From assembly GCA_050014495.1 (NCBI GenBank), contig JBEKDF010000004.1, positions 5,302 to 69,301 of the forward strand: 64,000 bases of DNA, written 5' to 3'. The translations under genes and the position numbers were made by a program. The number at the start of each line of letters is the position of its first letter. The stretch's first letter is position 1. The notes below the pieces were generated by a model. It did not search any database, was not told the DNA's origin, and was given only the letters and a program-made list of their open reading frames with translations. The stretch comes from Candidatus Bathyarchaeia archaeon (GTDB taxonomy: Archaea > Thermoproteota > Bathyarchaeia > TCS64). Of the stretch, positions 1-10,467 are shown in pieces.

Positions 1-318
1 AGGATGCGTCCAGACCTCGATGAGTATCAGATGAAGAATGGTCGGAAGCTCTATTTGCTCGCTGAGGGGAGGCTTGTTAACCTCGCCGCAGCGGAGGGGC
101 ATCCGAGCGAGGTTATGGATATGAGTTTCGCCGATCAGGCTCTTGTCGCCGAGTGGATTCAGAAATCTGAGTGTCTCGATGTTGGCGTCCACGACGTACC
201 AAAGGAGATCGACGAGATGGTGGCAAGTATGAAACTTCAGTCAATGGGTGTCAAGATCGATAAGCTCACTGATGAGCAGAGGAAGTATCTGACAAGTTGG
301 AAAGAAGGCACTGTTTAG
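1..318 (+). CDS. ahcY: Adenosylhomocysteinase, C-terminal part (runs off window start)
   Basis: [25 protein letters not shown] and the [11 protein letters not shown]-terminal motif of SAH hydrolase. Confidence 0.95.
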   Translation, partial: RMRPDLDEYQMKNGRKLYLLAEGRLVNLAAAEGHPSEVMDMSFADQALVAEWIQKSECLDVGVHDVPKEIDEMVASMKLQSMGVKIDKLTDEQRKYLTSWKEGTV

Positions 319-1523
319 CTCATCTTTACGCCTTTCTCTGTTTTCTCCAATATTCCCCTAGATATTAGGTAATCTAGCGTCTCCTCGGTCTCCCCTGTGC
401 TGTAGCCCTGCTTCGCCATCTCCCTTTCCAACCATGTGGTCCCATAATCAAACCCGGGTATCCTTATTGTGCGTAGTAGCTGATTTGTACACGCCTTGAT
501 CCTCGTCTCCCCCCGCTGTATAGTGCCATTAAGGGTTTCCTCTTTAGCCGATAGAGCGCTTGCGTCAACACCTAGCCTCTTTCTCACGTATTCGGGAAAC
601 TCTCTTGTCATAGTTCCGCCATGGAAGGTTAGTACCCTCTTAGGCTTGCATCGGCGAATGTACCCGAGGAGGCTCTTGAAGTCTGCGTGGTCACTGAGTG
701 CGAAGGCACGTTGACGCCCACCGAATAGGACAGCCCATCCTGAGGCAAGGGCAGGGTCGAGGTTATCATATGGCAACTTCGAGCCTTTAGGTGAAATTAT
801 GACACACTTCCCTCCCTCTAACAGCTCCTCCCCCTCCGGGGACTTTGAGTCGTAATAATCAAGGCTATGGCCGAAGCTTTTGTAGACGTCACTCACCTTC
901 GTAGCGCTCTTCGCCGTCACGACGGGGAGCTTGGTTAGCGTATTAAAGATACGTATTACCTCTTGGGCGTTACCTATGGAGTCCGTCTTCAAGGTAGGTA
1001 TGCGCCCAGACGGGATCGATTCCATAGTGGCCCAACGGACCATGTCGAGGGCGATGTCTCTTCTTTTCGGAAAACTGAACATGGGCGCCCCGAATGTTGT
1101 TTCGACGACGAGGATATCACAATCAACGGGCTCTGCAGGATGCATCGTGTATGATTCCTCTAGACCAATGTCCCCGGTGTAGAGAACGACGCCCTCAGGA
1201 GTGTTTACTTCAAACTGGACGCTACCAAGTACATGCCCGGCATTATGTATGCGAACTTCTATGTCATCTACTTTGACTTTGTCACCTAGTCGTATCTGCT
1301 GCCAGTTGTCGAGATGTTTCCAACCGAGGCTGTGGAGAAGCTGATGAGTCTCCTTAGTAGCATATTTTTGTCTTTCAGGGTACTTGAAAATGGCGGCGTG
1401 GTCGGCATGAGCGTGGCTTACAAAGACGGGGTAGCCATGCCCATTTCCTGTTGGGTCTAACACGACCCCTGATCCTTTGTATTCGATGACGACACCGTGC
1501 TGCTGCCTAACCCGGAGAGCCAC
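315..1523 (-). CDS. MBL-fold/beta-CASP nuclease (ligase-associated/SNM1-like exonuclease type) with C-terminal winged-helix-like tail
   Basis: [30 protein letters not shown]...FHG motifs; last ~60 aa resemble a wHTH. Confidence 0.8.
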   Translation of the reverse strand: MALRVRQQHGVVIEYKGSGVVLDPTGNGHGYPVFVSHAHADHAAIFKYPERQKYATKETHQLLHSLGWKHLDNWQQIRLGDKVKVDDIEVRIHNAGHVLGSVQFEVNTPEGVVLYTGDIGLEESYTMHPAEPVDCDILVVETTFGAPMFSFPKRRDIALDMVRWATMESIPSGRIPTLKTDSIGNAQEVIRIFNTLTKLPVVTAKSATKVSDVYKSFGHSLDYYDSKSPEGEELLEGGKCVIISPKGSKLPYDNLDPALASGWAVLFGGRQRAFALSDHADFKSLLGYIRRCKPKRVLTFHGGTMTREFPEYVRKRLGVDASALSAKEETLNGTIQRGETRIKACTNQLLRTIRIPGFDYGTTWLEREMAKQGYSTGETEETLDYLISRGILEKTEKGVKMS

Positions 1524-1533
1524 TGTGAAGCCT

Positions 1534-1914
1534 CTAACTCGTCTGGAGCATGAGGATGGCCTTGGCTAAGTCCCCTTCACACTTGGCGAGGGTCTCACGG
1601 GCCTTCTCCATACTCACCTTCGCCTGCTGGGCGACCAGTAGGACATCCTCCTCTGGGATCTGAACCGAGGGCTTCTCCATTGGAGCCGCATCCTGTACTA
1701 CAGCGGCCTGAGGGGAGCGCTCCACAGCCTTTCCACCGAGGACCTGATACATCTTCTGTCCCTGAACATTGATGCTTGTGACGGTAGGCTGTTCGATGAC
1801 TATCTCCTTGCCGGGGCTCTGTATTATTACCCTAGTTACGCCATTGATTTCCTGCATTTGCATGCCCATTCGCTGCATCATGCGTCGAGCGTTACGTGAA
1901 TCCATCCTCGCCAA
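1534..1914 (-). CDS. nac: Nascent polypeptide-associated complex protein
   Basis: RRMMQRMGM N-terminus, NAC beta domain, C-terminal UBA (EDVLLVAQQA...GDLAKAI). Confidence 0.92.
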   Translation of the reverse strand: MARMDSRNARRMMQRMGMQMQEINGVTRVIIQSPGKEIVIEQPTVTSINVQGQKMYQVLGGKAVERSPQAAVVQDAAPMEKPSVQIPEEDVLLVAQQAKVSMEKARETLAKCEGDLAKAILMLQTS

Positions 1915-1999
1915 AAGGCTTCACCTTATACAATGGGGGTGGTGTTCGGGTTTAAAATCCTTGATGGCGGTTTGGCTTATTTATGAGAAAGTGTTGAAA

Positions 2000-2836
2000 T
2001 TAAGCGGTCGAGGCAGCCTTAATTGTGTTGCGTAGAAGCATCGTTATGAGCATAGGACCTACTCCGCCGGGAACAGGGGTGATTGCAGAGGCGAGTGGGC
2101 TGACACCCTCGTAGTCAACATCGCCGAAGACCTTCTTCCCCTCGTAATTGTTCCCGTTATCGATTATGACTACCCCTTTCTTCACCATCCCAACGGTCAC
2201 GGCACTCTTCTTGTAAACCTCGATGCAGAGGATATCTGCCTGCTTCACGAATTCTGGGAATCGGGTGTCCGCCGCGGCGAAGGCTGTTACCTCGACCTTT
2301 TTGTTGAGAAGTAGTGCCACCATGGGTTTACCCAGCCAGCTCGTAAGGCCGGCAACTACCCAGTGTTTTCCATCTTGGTCGATCTTGTAGCGTTTGAGAA
2401 GCTCCATTATAGCCTCGACGCTGGCGGGGAGGAATGACTTTTCGCCTAGGATGATCTTGCCGAATGTCACTGGGCTTAAGCCGTCCACATCTTTTTCTGG
2501 GGCGATTGCCTCGACTATCTTTCCCTCATTTACCTCTTTTGGTACGGGTAGTTGTACCATGACGCCATGGACCTTTGGGTCGTTGTTTAGTTTTTTTATG
2601 AGAGATACAATCTGCTCAGTAGCAGCGGTCTCTAGGTGGTAAAACTGTGTTGCAATACCGACCTCCTCAGCACGCTTCTTCTTTAGCTCTACGTAACGTA
2701 TCGATCCAGGGTCTGTGCCGACGAGTATGAGTGCGAGGGTTGGGTTAACACTATTAGCCTTAAGCTTCTCGATATCAGCCCTGATCTCCTCTACAATCTT
2801 CAGCGAGGTCTCCTTTCCGTCGAGGACGACAACCAT
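2000..2836 (-). CDS. folD: Methylene-THF dehydrogenase/cyclohydrolase family (atypical nucleotide-binding motifs)
   Basis: LDGK, YxxxK (YVELK), VQLP, KDVDG, GDVD, ITPVPGGVGPM. Confidence 0.92.
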   Translation of the reverse strand: MVVVLDGKETSLKIVEEIRADIEKLKANSVNPTLALILVGTDPGSIRYVELKKKRAEEVGIATQFYHLETAATEQIVSLIKKLNNDPKVHGVMVQLPVPKEVNEGKIVEAIAPEKDVDGLSPVTFGKIILGEKSFLPASVEAIMELLKRYKIDQDGKHWVVAGLTSWLGKPMVALLLNKKVEVTAFAAADTRFPEFVKQADILCIEVYKKSAVTVGMVKKGVVIIDNGNNYEGKKVFGDVDYEGVSPLASAITPVPGGVGPMLITMLLRNTIKAASTA

Positions 2837-2837
2837 C

Positions 2838-4520
2838 TCAAGCCAGCCCCTTTATTATTCCCTTCTCGTCGATGTCCATCTCCTCACTTGCAGGATGCGT
2901 CGGTTCGCCTGGCATTGTGCTTATGTCGCCGCAGTAGGCGACTATGAAACCGGCGCCCGTGCTAGGTTTGAGGTTAACGATGGGGAGGATGTATCCCTCT
3001 GGGGGTAATCCCTGCAGGTCCTCATTGTCGGTGAGGCTCAGTGGCGTCTTCGCCATGCAGATGGGAAGCTTGTTGAATCCAAGTTTCTCTATCTGCTTCA
3101 GTGTCTTACGGGCGTCGTCCGTGAGGCGGATATCAGTAACTCCATAGATCTCCTTAGCGATGGTGCGAATCTTCTCCTCCACTGACATCTCCAATGTGTA
3201 GAGATAGTGGAAATTATTCGGCTTTTCTAGCTCCTTGAGGACAAGGTTTGCTAATTCCACTCCTCCCGCACCGCCTTTGAGAACTGTGTCAGTGAATGCA
3301 GCGGGAACCCCATTCTCCTTCGCCCAGTTCATGATGATGTCAATCTCCTCCTGGGAGTCGTTTAGGAAGTGATTCATGCACACGACAGGGTGAAGGCCGA
3401 ACTTCTTTGCATTCTCTATCTCCTTGGCGAGTATGGGGAGTCCCCTCTTTACAGCCTCGGCGCTCGACTTGTCAATGTCCTTGTATTTGGTTCCGCCATG
3501 CCTCTTCAGGGCCTTTATTGTTGCTACAATGACCACAACACTTGGCTGGAGACCTCCCGCCCTCGACGCGATGTTGCAGAACTTTTCCATCCCCAGGTCA
3601 GCGCCGAAGCCTGGTTCAATAACGACGTAGTCTGTCAGCTTCTGCGCTGTCTTGATGCCAACTAAACTTGGGCAACCATGGGCTATATTGGCGAATGGCC
3701 CCCCATGTATGATCGCAGGAGTCCCCTCGATTGTCTGGACGAGGTTCGGCTTAATAGCGTCCTTCAACAAGATTGCCATAGCGCCAACGACTTGGAGTTG
3801 TCCCGCTTTCACGGGTTTTCCATCCTTGTCATAGGCGACAGTGATCTCCCCCATACGCCTCTTGAGGTCCATGAAGTCGCTGCTTATCGCGTGGATCGCC
3901 GCGATCTCAGATGCTGTGGTGATCTCGAAGCCACTCTCATAGGGGATCCCATTGTTTTTCCCGCCGAGACCGACAACGATCTTCCTTAACGTCCTGCTCT
4001 CGATGTCGATGACCCTCTTCCACATTATGTCCTGGAGGCTGATTCCCAGCTCGTTACCCCTGTTTATGTGGTTCTCCATTATGCTCGTGAGGAGGTCGTG
4101 AGCGCAGGTGATTGCGTGTAGGTCTCCGGTGAAGTGGACATTTATATCCTCCATGGGGAGCACCTGAGCGTAGCCAGCCCCACAAGCGCCTCCTTTCACC
4201 CCGAAGACGGGCCCGAGGCTTGGCTGGCGGAGGACCACAATGTTTCTCTTTCCCAGTTTGCCGAGGGCTTCTGCGAGGCCGATGCTCATAGTCGTCTTTC
4301 CTTCACCGAACTTCGTTGGCGTGATGGCTGTGACAATGATCAGCTTTCCGTCGGGTTTGTCTTTGTTTCGGAGGTATACTTCGGGGCGGATCTTCGCTTT
4401 GTACTTTCCATACATTTCTATGTCGTCGGGAGAGAGCCCGAGACCCTCAGCGATTTCAGTGATGGGTCTGAGCTTCGCGCTCTGAGCGATCTCAATTTTC
4501 GTCTGTAGAGCCATAGGCAT
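2838..4520 (-). CDS. fhs: Formate--tetrahydrofolate ligase
   Basis: TAITPTKFGEGKTT, KGGACGAGYAQV, HGGPFANIAHG, CMAKT, TMPG. Confidence 0.97.
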   Translation of the reverse strand: MPMALQTKIEIAQSAKLRPITEIAEGLGLSPDDIEMYGKYKAKIRPEVYLRNKDKPDGKLIIVTAITPTKFGEGKTTMSIGLAEALGKLGKRNIVVLRQPSLGPVFGVKGGACGAGYAQVLPMEDINVHFTGDLHAITCAHDLLTSIMENHINRGNELGISLQDIMWKRVIDIESRTLRKIVVGLGGKNNGIPYESGFEITTASEIAAIHAISSDFMDLKRRMGEITVAYDKDGKPVKAGQLQVVGAMAILLKDAIKPNLVQTIEGTPAIIHGGPFANIAHGCPSLVGIKTAQKLTDYVVIEPGFGADLGMEKFCNIASRAGGLQPSVVVIVATIKALKRHGGTKYKDIDKSSAEAVKRGLPILAKEIENAKKFGLHPVVCMNHFLNDSQEEIDIIMNWAKENGVPAAFTDTVLKGGAGGVELANLVLKELEKPNNFHYLYTLEMSVEEKIRTIAKEIYGVTDIRLTDDARKTLKQIEKLGFNKLPICMAKTPLSLTDNEDLQGLPPEGYILPIVNLKPSTGAGFIVAYCGDISTMPGEPTHPASEEMDIDEKGIIKGLA

Positions 4521-4670
4521 TCATAGAATAGTCCCATCCGTCTGTTTAATAACTTGTCAGCGAAAAACATGCAAAGTATTTATCTTAGAACCTTCGCCAC
4601 AAAGGCGAATAGTAACTATTAAGCGGTAGCTCGACGATCCGAGTAGAATGTAATCGCCCCGGCGGTATGA

Positions 4671-6503
4671 ATGAGTGTAGCCAAACCAGTACTAGATTGG
4701 ATAGACGCGATGAAGCCCCGGACAGATATAAGGGGCTCCGGAAAGGAGTTCAGGATGATTTTGAGGTACCACCGACCCTATCTCCCATACTGCGTCCTCA
4801 CGGTGATCTTTAGCGCAGCTAGGGCGACACTCTTCGCCCTTGAGCCCCTGTACCTCGCGCAGATAATCAATAAGGTAATCATAGGCGGGCAATCAACCCT
4901 GCTAACCGGGCTCGTACTCAGTACAATACTTGCAGTCCTCGGTGTAGGAATGTTCACCTTCTTCGAAACATTCACTAATGGTTATGTAGCAGAACTAATA
5001 ATCAGGGACATAAGGTCGGACTATTACCGCTCCCTCGAGGAGAAGTCCTTTGGCTTCTTCGACTCCAACTCCGTCGGCGATCTCATCTCCAGAGCCACGA
5101 TGGATCTTCAAGCAGTAAACAACTTCTGCGCGAACTGGATAATGAATATCTTTGACTCCCTGTTCGTAGTCACCGCCTGCTTATGGATTATGTATCCAAT
5201 TAACCCGATGTTGACTCTTCTCACATTCGCGCCGATGCCCCTAGTTGCCTATATCCAGATTAGACAATTTACCCAGGTGCGTCCCCTCTTCCGGAAGATG
5301 ATGCTCATCCTCGGTAAGCTTGGTGCATATGTCCAGCAAAACATCATTGGGATGAAGAATGTACGCATCTTCGAGATGGAGGAAGGCATGAAGGATGGCT
5401 TCGAGAAAGTCGAATCAAAGTACGTTGCCACCGCGATATCCGCAGGAAAAATACAGGCCCTCTACATCCCCTCCCCACAGACTATTCTGCAGATCGGCGT
5501 AGCCTTCGTTTACATATATGGGACGAGTCTCCTCCTTGGACCAAACCCCATACTCATAGTAGGGAATCTCCTTCTCTTTGCAACTTATATGCAGAGGATC
5601 GTTCCACAACTCAACCAATTAGCAAACATCGTTGGTGCCTGGATCAACTCCTCCGCAAGCATCGAACGAATAAATGAGATAAAAAACACGCCAATCGACG
5701 TCAAAGAAGACCCTAACGCCAAGAATATACAGATAGAGAGAGGTGATGTCGAGTTCCAAAACGTCAGCTTCGGCTACTCAAAGGACATTGACATACTCTT
5801 TAACATCAGTTTCAAAGCAGCAGCTGGAGAGAAGATAGCGATTTTAGGCGCGACTGGTTCGGGGAAGACGTCGCTCATTTACCTCATCCCGAGGTTCTAT
5901 GACCCACACGCCGGTAGTATAAAGATAGATGGTGTCGACATCAAGGAATACGTGATCGACTCCCTGCAGCGGCAGGTAGGCGTGGTCCTTCAGGATGTCT
6001 TCCTCTTTTCTGGCACAATCAAGAGTAACATTGCCTTCGGAAAGCCAAATGCGACTGATGAGGAGATCATCAATGCTGCGAAGTTGGCGCGGATACACGA
6101 CTTCATCGACTCTCTCCCGGATAAGTATGATAGCTATGTCGGGGAGAGGGGTGTTACCCTGTCCGGCGGGCAGAAGCAGAGGCTAACTATCGCCAGGGCC
6201 ATCCTCACCAATCCAAAGATACTCATCCTTGATGACTCCCTCAGTTTTGTCGATGCTAAGACAGAGCAGGAAATACAGGAAGCACTTGAGGACGCAATGA
6301 GGGGTAGAACCACATTCATCATAGCGCAGCGACTTTCTACCATTAAGAACGCCGACAAGATACTCGTACTGGAGAAAGGTAGGGTCGCCGAGTTCGGGAA
6401 ACACACAGAGCTCATGGCTGAGAACGGGATATACAAGCGCGTCTATGAGACCCAGTTCCTCGAAAAATCCACCGAGGAGATCCTCGGAGAGGAGGTGGCT
6501 TAG
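4671..6503 (+). CDS. ABC exporter, fused TMD-NBD, degenerate-site subunit of a heterodimer
   Basis: GATGSGKT, LSGGQKQR, Walker B ILDDS and IAQR instead of ILDE/IAHR. Confidence 0.92.
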   Translation: MSVAKPVLDWIDAMKPRTDIRGSGKEFRMILRYHRPYLPYCVLTVIFSAARATLFALEPLYLAQIINKVIIGGQSTLLTGLVLSTILAVLGVGMFTFFETFTNGYVAELIIRDIRSDYYRSLEEKSFGFFDSNSVGDLISRATMDLQAVNNFCANWIMNIFDSLFVVTACLWIMYPINPMLTLLTFAPMPLVAYIQIRQFTQVRPLFRKMMLILGKLGAYVQQNIIGMKNVRIFEMEEGMKDGFEKVESKYVATAISAGKIQALYIPSPQTILQIGVAFVYIYGTSLLLGPNPILIVGNLLLFATYMQRIVPQLNQLANIVGAWINSSASIERINEIKNTPIDVKEDPNAKNIQIERGDVEFQNVSFGYSKDIDILFNISFKAAAGEKIAILGATGSGKTSLIYLIPRFYDPHAGSIKIDGVDIKEYVIDSLQRQVGVVLQDVFLFSGTIKSNIAFGKPNATDEEIINAAKLARIHDFIDSLPDKYDSYVGERGVTLSGGQKQRLTIARAILTNPKILILDDSLSFVDAKTEQEIQEALEDAMRGRTTFIIAQRLSTIKNADKILVLEKGRVAEFGKHTELMAENGIYKRVYETQFLEKSTEEILGEEVA

Positions 6504-8387
6504 ATGGCGATAAGTGGACCCGGCGGGGGCGGAGGCGGTGGGGGAGGCGGAGGCGGAGGTGCAGGACCAAGCAGCTACGGTGTATTTTCTACCCTAGGAG
6601 AATCACAGAAGAAGAGAACCTATACAGATAGAGAGCTGATAAGAAGGCTCCTAAATTACGCTGTTGCCTATAAAAAGAACTTCATCTACGCCACCATCGC
6701 CCTAATCGTCAACTCGATAACAACCGTTCTCGTACCCTATATGGGAAAACTCGTTATAGACAACATCATCACTCCAAAGGATATTGGCGGCTTCGTTTGG
6801 TGGGTTCCCCTCTTCATGGCTATCACGGCTGCCTACTTCGTGGCGCAATATGTCCAGACGTGGCAGGTCAGAATCCTCGGTGAGAACACTGTTGCGAGAA
6901 TCAGGGAGGATATTGTTGCTAAACTCCAGATCATTTCCCTTAGGTACTTCTCGGAAGGTGAGACGGGGAGAATAATCGCCCGCCCAATAAATGACGCTAA
7001 CGCCCTCAGAATGTTCTTTAGAACCGGTTTCACGAGCATAATCCTCAACACAGCCTCACTCATCGGTGGCTTCGTAATCATATTCTTCCTAAACGTCCGA
7101 CTCGCCTTACTCTCCATAGCCGTCATGCCAATAGCTGCAATTGCAACCTACTACCTAGGTATATTCTCTCGCAAATACAACAGGGCTGCATTCCTCCACA
7201 CATCAGGGATGATCTCTACAATGCAGGAAAGCCTCTCTGGGATGAAGGTGATAAAGGCCTTTGTCCAGCTCGACAGATCCCACAAAGCATTCAACGATGA
7301 GCAGAACAAGGTTGTCAAGCAGAGGATAATGGCGGTACTCGTCTCAGCTACATACCAGCCTGTTGCCTATTCGATCAGGGTTGCGGGCACCGCCATGGTC
7401 ATATGGTTCGGTGCAAACATGGCGATGAGTGGAGAGATAACTTTAGGCACATTCATAGCCTTCACCAGCTACCAGCTTCTGTTTTTCAACCCCATACTCG
7501 CCTTAGTACAGGCTTACGACCAATATCAGCAGGCCATGGCAGCTACGGAGAGGATGTTCGACCTCATAGATACCGAACCCGAGGTCGAGGATCCCCCCGA
7601 GGATAAGGTGGTTAAAGTAGGGAGGGCTGAGGAGCTTAGCTCAAAGGATGTTACCTTCGGCTACGACCCAGACATCCCAGTCATACACGATGTAAACTTC
7701 GAAATAAACTCAAAGATCATGAAGCTTGCCATAGTTGGCCCCACAGGGGCTGGGAAGAGCACCATAATCAATCTAATCTCAAGGTTCTACGACCCCCTTT
7801 CTGGCAAGATAGAATTAAACGGGGAAGACATTAGAAACATCAAGATAGCGGACCTACGGAGCCACCAAAGCATCGTACTCCAAGACTCTTACCTATTCCC
7901 CATGTGTATTAGAGACAACATCAGGTTCGGGAAACCAGAGGCAACTAGTGAGGAGGTGATCGAAGCCGCGAAGATGGTTGGCGCACACGAGTTTATCATG
8001 AACCTCCCAGGCGGATACGATTACCTAATCCAAGAGGGCTCCTCCAATATCTCCATCGGACAAAGGCAACTCATCAGCTTCGCAAGGGCGATCCTCATGG
8101 ACCCTGAGATACTGATCCTCGACGAGGCAACATCCAGCATCGACCCCTACACCGAACTTGTAATCCAGAGTGCCTTGAAGAAGCTCCTTGAGAATAGGCG
8201 TGTAATAATAATCGCCCATAGGCTTTCCACAATCAGGCTCTGCGATGAAATAATTGTCCTAGACCAGGGTAGAATTGTTGAGAAGGGAACGCATTCAGAG
8301 CTCATGGAGATGGGTGGCATATACTCCGCCTTCTACAGGATGCAGTTCAAGGAGGAGAAGGGAATCGGTGTGGGTGGGATCGACTAG
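6504..8387 (+). CDS. ABC exporter, fused TMD-NBD, consensus-site subunit, N-terminal poly-Gly
   Basis: GPTGAGKS, ISIGQRQ, ILDEA, IAHR; starts immediately after partner gene. Confidence 0.92.
   Translation: MAISGPGGGGGGGGGGGGGAGPSSYGVFSTLGESQKKRTYTDRELIRRLLNYAVAYKKNFIYATIALIVNSITTVLVPYMGKLVIDNIITPKDIGGFVWWVPLFMAITAAYFVAQYVQTWQVRILGENTVARIREDIVAKLQIISLRYFSEGETGRIIARPINDANALRMFFRTGFTSIILNTASLIGGFVIIFFLNVRLALLSIAVMPIAAIATYYLGIFSRKYNRAAFLHTSGMISTMQESLSGMKVIKAFVQLDRSHKAFNDEQNKVVKQRIMAVLVSATYQPVAYSIRVAGTAMVIWFGANMAMSGEITLGTFIAFTSYQLLFFNPILALVQAYDQYQQAMAATERMFDLIDTEPEVEDPPEDKVVKVGRAEELSSKDVTFGYDPDIPVIHDVNFEINSKIMKLAIVGPTGAGKSTIINLISRFYDPLSGKIELNGEDIRNIKIADLRSHQSIVLQDSYLFPMCIRDNIRFGKPEATSEEVIEAAKMVGAHEFIMNLPGGYDYLIQEGSSNISIGQRQLISFARAILMDPEILILDEATSSIDPYTELVIQSALKKLLENRRVIIIAHRLSTIRLCDEIIVLDQGRIVEKGTHSELMEMGGIYSAFYRMQFKEEKGIGVGGID
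6522..6560 (+). repeat. 13 consecutive Gly codons
   Basis: ggc ggg ggc gga ggc ggt ggg gga ggc gga ggc gga ggt. Confidence 0.95.
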
Positions 8388-8452
8388 CCTCGAATAACTT
8401 TGAAAATCTTAATACCACGTCGAATGAAAACTAAGCATAGCCGTGATTTGCC

Positions 8453-9283
8453 TTGGTTAAGGTCACCTTCGTCAAGATTGGGTACATTGCCACCACCACA
8501 CTGATAGATGCCCTCCTAGATGAGAGGTCGGGGAGAAAGGATCTACAGATGCGTGTTGTCTCGTCTAGCACGAGTATGGAGGAAGAAGCCGCAGTTGATG
8601 TCGCAAAAATAGCCGCTGGGATCCCATCAGACCTCTATGTGGTTGTTTCCCCAAACGCTGTAATGCCCGGGCCCACAAAAGCTAGGGAGGCGCTCCACGC
8701 CACAGGGAAACCAGTTATAGTCATCTCCGATGAACCGAGTAGGAAGACATTGAAGGAGAACCCGACCGAGGGCGTCGGCTACATCGTTGTGATGAACGAT
8801 CCCATGATCGGAGCGAAACAGACATTCCTCGACCCTATCGAAATGGCACTCTTCAATGCTGACGCGATAAGAGTCCTCGCCATAACAGGCTCTTTCAGGA
8901 TCGTGCAGCAAGAGATTGACAATGTGATCGAACAGATAGGAAAAGGTGAGAAACCTGTACTACCTCAAGTAGTGATTGAGAAGGAAAACGCATTAGCCGC
9001 CTCACAGATCGCAAACCCCTACGCCCAAGGCAAAGCGATAGCCGCCTTCGAAGCCGCCCGCAGAGTAGCCAACCTCAGCACCGAAGGCACATTCAAGGTT
9101 GAGGAACCCGAGAGGTACCTCCCAATCCTCGCGGCAGCACACGAGCTGCTTAGACAAGCAGCGAAAACAGCAGACGAGGCAAGAGAGATCGAGAAAGCGA
9201 ACGACACAGTCGTCCGCCTCGCCCACTTCAGTAAGGGTTATACCAGGAAGAAGATAAAACTCGGTGAAAAGTTCGAGAAGTAA
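8453..9283 (+). CDS. mtd: F420-dependent methylenetetrahydromethanopterin dehydrogenase family (divergent)
   Basis: LLDER, SPN...PGP, DPMIGA...FLDPIEMALFNAD, NPYA, AAHE, ADEAREIEK.ND. Confidence 0.9.
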   Translation: MVKVTFVKIGYIATTTLIDALLDERSGRKDLQMRVVSSSTSMEEEAAVDVAKIAAGIPSDLYVVVSPNAVMPGPTKAREALHATGKPVIVISDEPSRKTLKENPTEGVGYIVVMNDPMIGAKQTFLDPIEMALFNADAIRVLAITGSFRIVQQEIDNVIEQIGKGEKPVLPQVVIEKENALAASQIANPYAQGKAIAAFEAARRVANLSTEGTFKVEEPERYLPILAAAHELLRQAAKTADEAREIEKANDTVVRLAHFSKGYTRKKIKLGEKFEK

Positions 9284-9284
9284 C

Positions 9285-9755
9285 CTAAGTGTCTGTTAAT
9301 GAGCCACGTCGGGTCTTCACAGCGACACCGATCTTGAACTCCTTCATCTCCTCGCTTACTAGGAGCGCCTTTCCCACGCCTACAACACGAGCTTCCTCAT
9401 TCACTATTATTACTTCGTCGCCCGGGCGGATCTTCTCCCCAGAGTGTATGACGTGTTTAGCGAAGACGTTCTTGCCCTTGGAGACGAACTCGGCTGCTTC
9501 CGCGTTCACTGTGACGGTGTAACCCAGATCTGGAACCTGCGCAAGGAGGCGCTCAGCAGCAGCTATGGTCAGGGTAAAGAGCCCGTCATTCGGACGAAAG
9601 TTGGCCAGTAAAATGTTCCCAAAGTAAATATGTCTGATCCTGCCCGTGTTCCTAGAATGAATTATTCTAACGTCATCAGGGAAAAGGGCAGCACCAGAAC
9701 TGGAGCCGAACTGGTAATCAGCAATAGCCCTAATCCGTCTCAGATCATCATTCAT
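9285..9755 (-). CDS. Stand-alone C2-PUA domain protein (split archaeosine TGT-associated)
   Basis: ADYQFG, TGRIR, GKNVFAKHV, IRPGDEV, GVAVKTR. Confidence 0.85.
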   Translation of the reverse strand: MNDDLRRIRAIADYQFGSSSGAALFPDDVRIIHSRNTGRIRHIYFGNILLANFRPNDGLFTLTIAAAERLLAQVPDLGYTVTVNAEAAEFVSKGKNVFAKHVIHSGEKIRPGDEVIIVNEEARVVGVGKALLVSEEMKEFKIGVAVKTRRGSLTDT

Positions 9756-9964
9756 TCCACCCCAAACTGGTCGTCCATCCTTTATTATGCGTTGCTGAAA
9801 TATTCACCTCTAATTTAGTCATGATAAACTCACTTTAATCAGTGTATGTTTGCACATCCATTGAGAATGGAAGTGGCAATTTGAGCTCAAACGTGTTTAG
9901 GTGTCCATAGACGACTTTTAATGATCTCAAAATTAATATATCAAATTAGATAAGTTACTCTCAC

Positions 9965-10270
9965 TTGGTGAGAGTAGACCGAATGGACAGCAAATTGATG
10001 GCAGGACTCGGTCTCATGAGTGCATTGAGTCTAAACCAAATAAATGCAGAAACAATGTTGGCGATTGTCTCAAGTCTAAGTTTGTTACAGCTTTTAATAC
10101 TCAGGATTCGTGGCTCAGTATTCGTTGATTGGGTTAGTTTTGAGGGATGGAAAAGGAAACTCCCCTTCTATGTCATAAGGTGTCCTAAACATGGATATCA
10201 GATAAGTTACCCCAGTGGATACGATGAGGTTCTCATTTGCCCGAAGTGTTTGAGCGGTACTTCAAGTTAG
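9965..10270 (+). CDS. Small hypothetical protein, hydrophobic segment plus CxxH...CxxC zinc finger
   Basis: CPKHG...CPKC; start codon uncertain. Confidence 0.55.
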   Translation: MVRVDRMDSKLMAGLGLMSALSLNQINAETMLAIVSSLSLLQLLILRIRGSVFVDWVSFEGWKRKLPFYVIRCPKHGYQISYPSGYDEVLICPKCLSGTSS

Positions 10271-10448
10271 GATTGTAGTACAGATTATTTTCACCCCCGC
10301 GCGTGCAAACATTTTCTTGAGAATCATAATCTTCTGTTGCACGTGATTTGCTACCGAATTTCATGGTTGTATCGGAAAAATAAAAGGCAATTCGAGTCAT
10401 CTTTAAAACTTAAAATTCCTAGTATTTTTAGGGTTGTGCTTAGAGCAT

Positions 10449-10458
10449 GCGCGCGCGC
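10449..10458. repeat. (GC)5 tract abutting the mbf1 TATA box
   Basis: gcatGCGCGCGCGCctttataag. Confidence 0.95.
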
Positions 10459-10467
10459 CTTTATAAG
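10459..10467 (+). promoter_or_regulatory. Putative TATA box of the mbf1 operon
   Basis: ctttataag about 32 nt upstream of ATG 10499. Confidence 0.55.
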
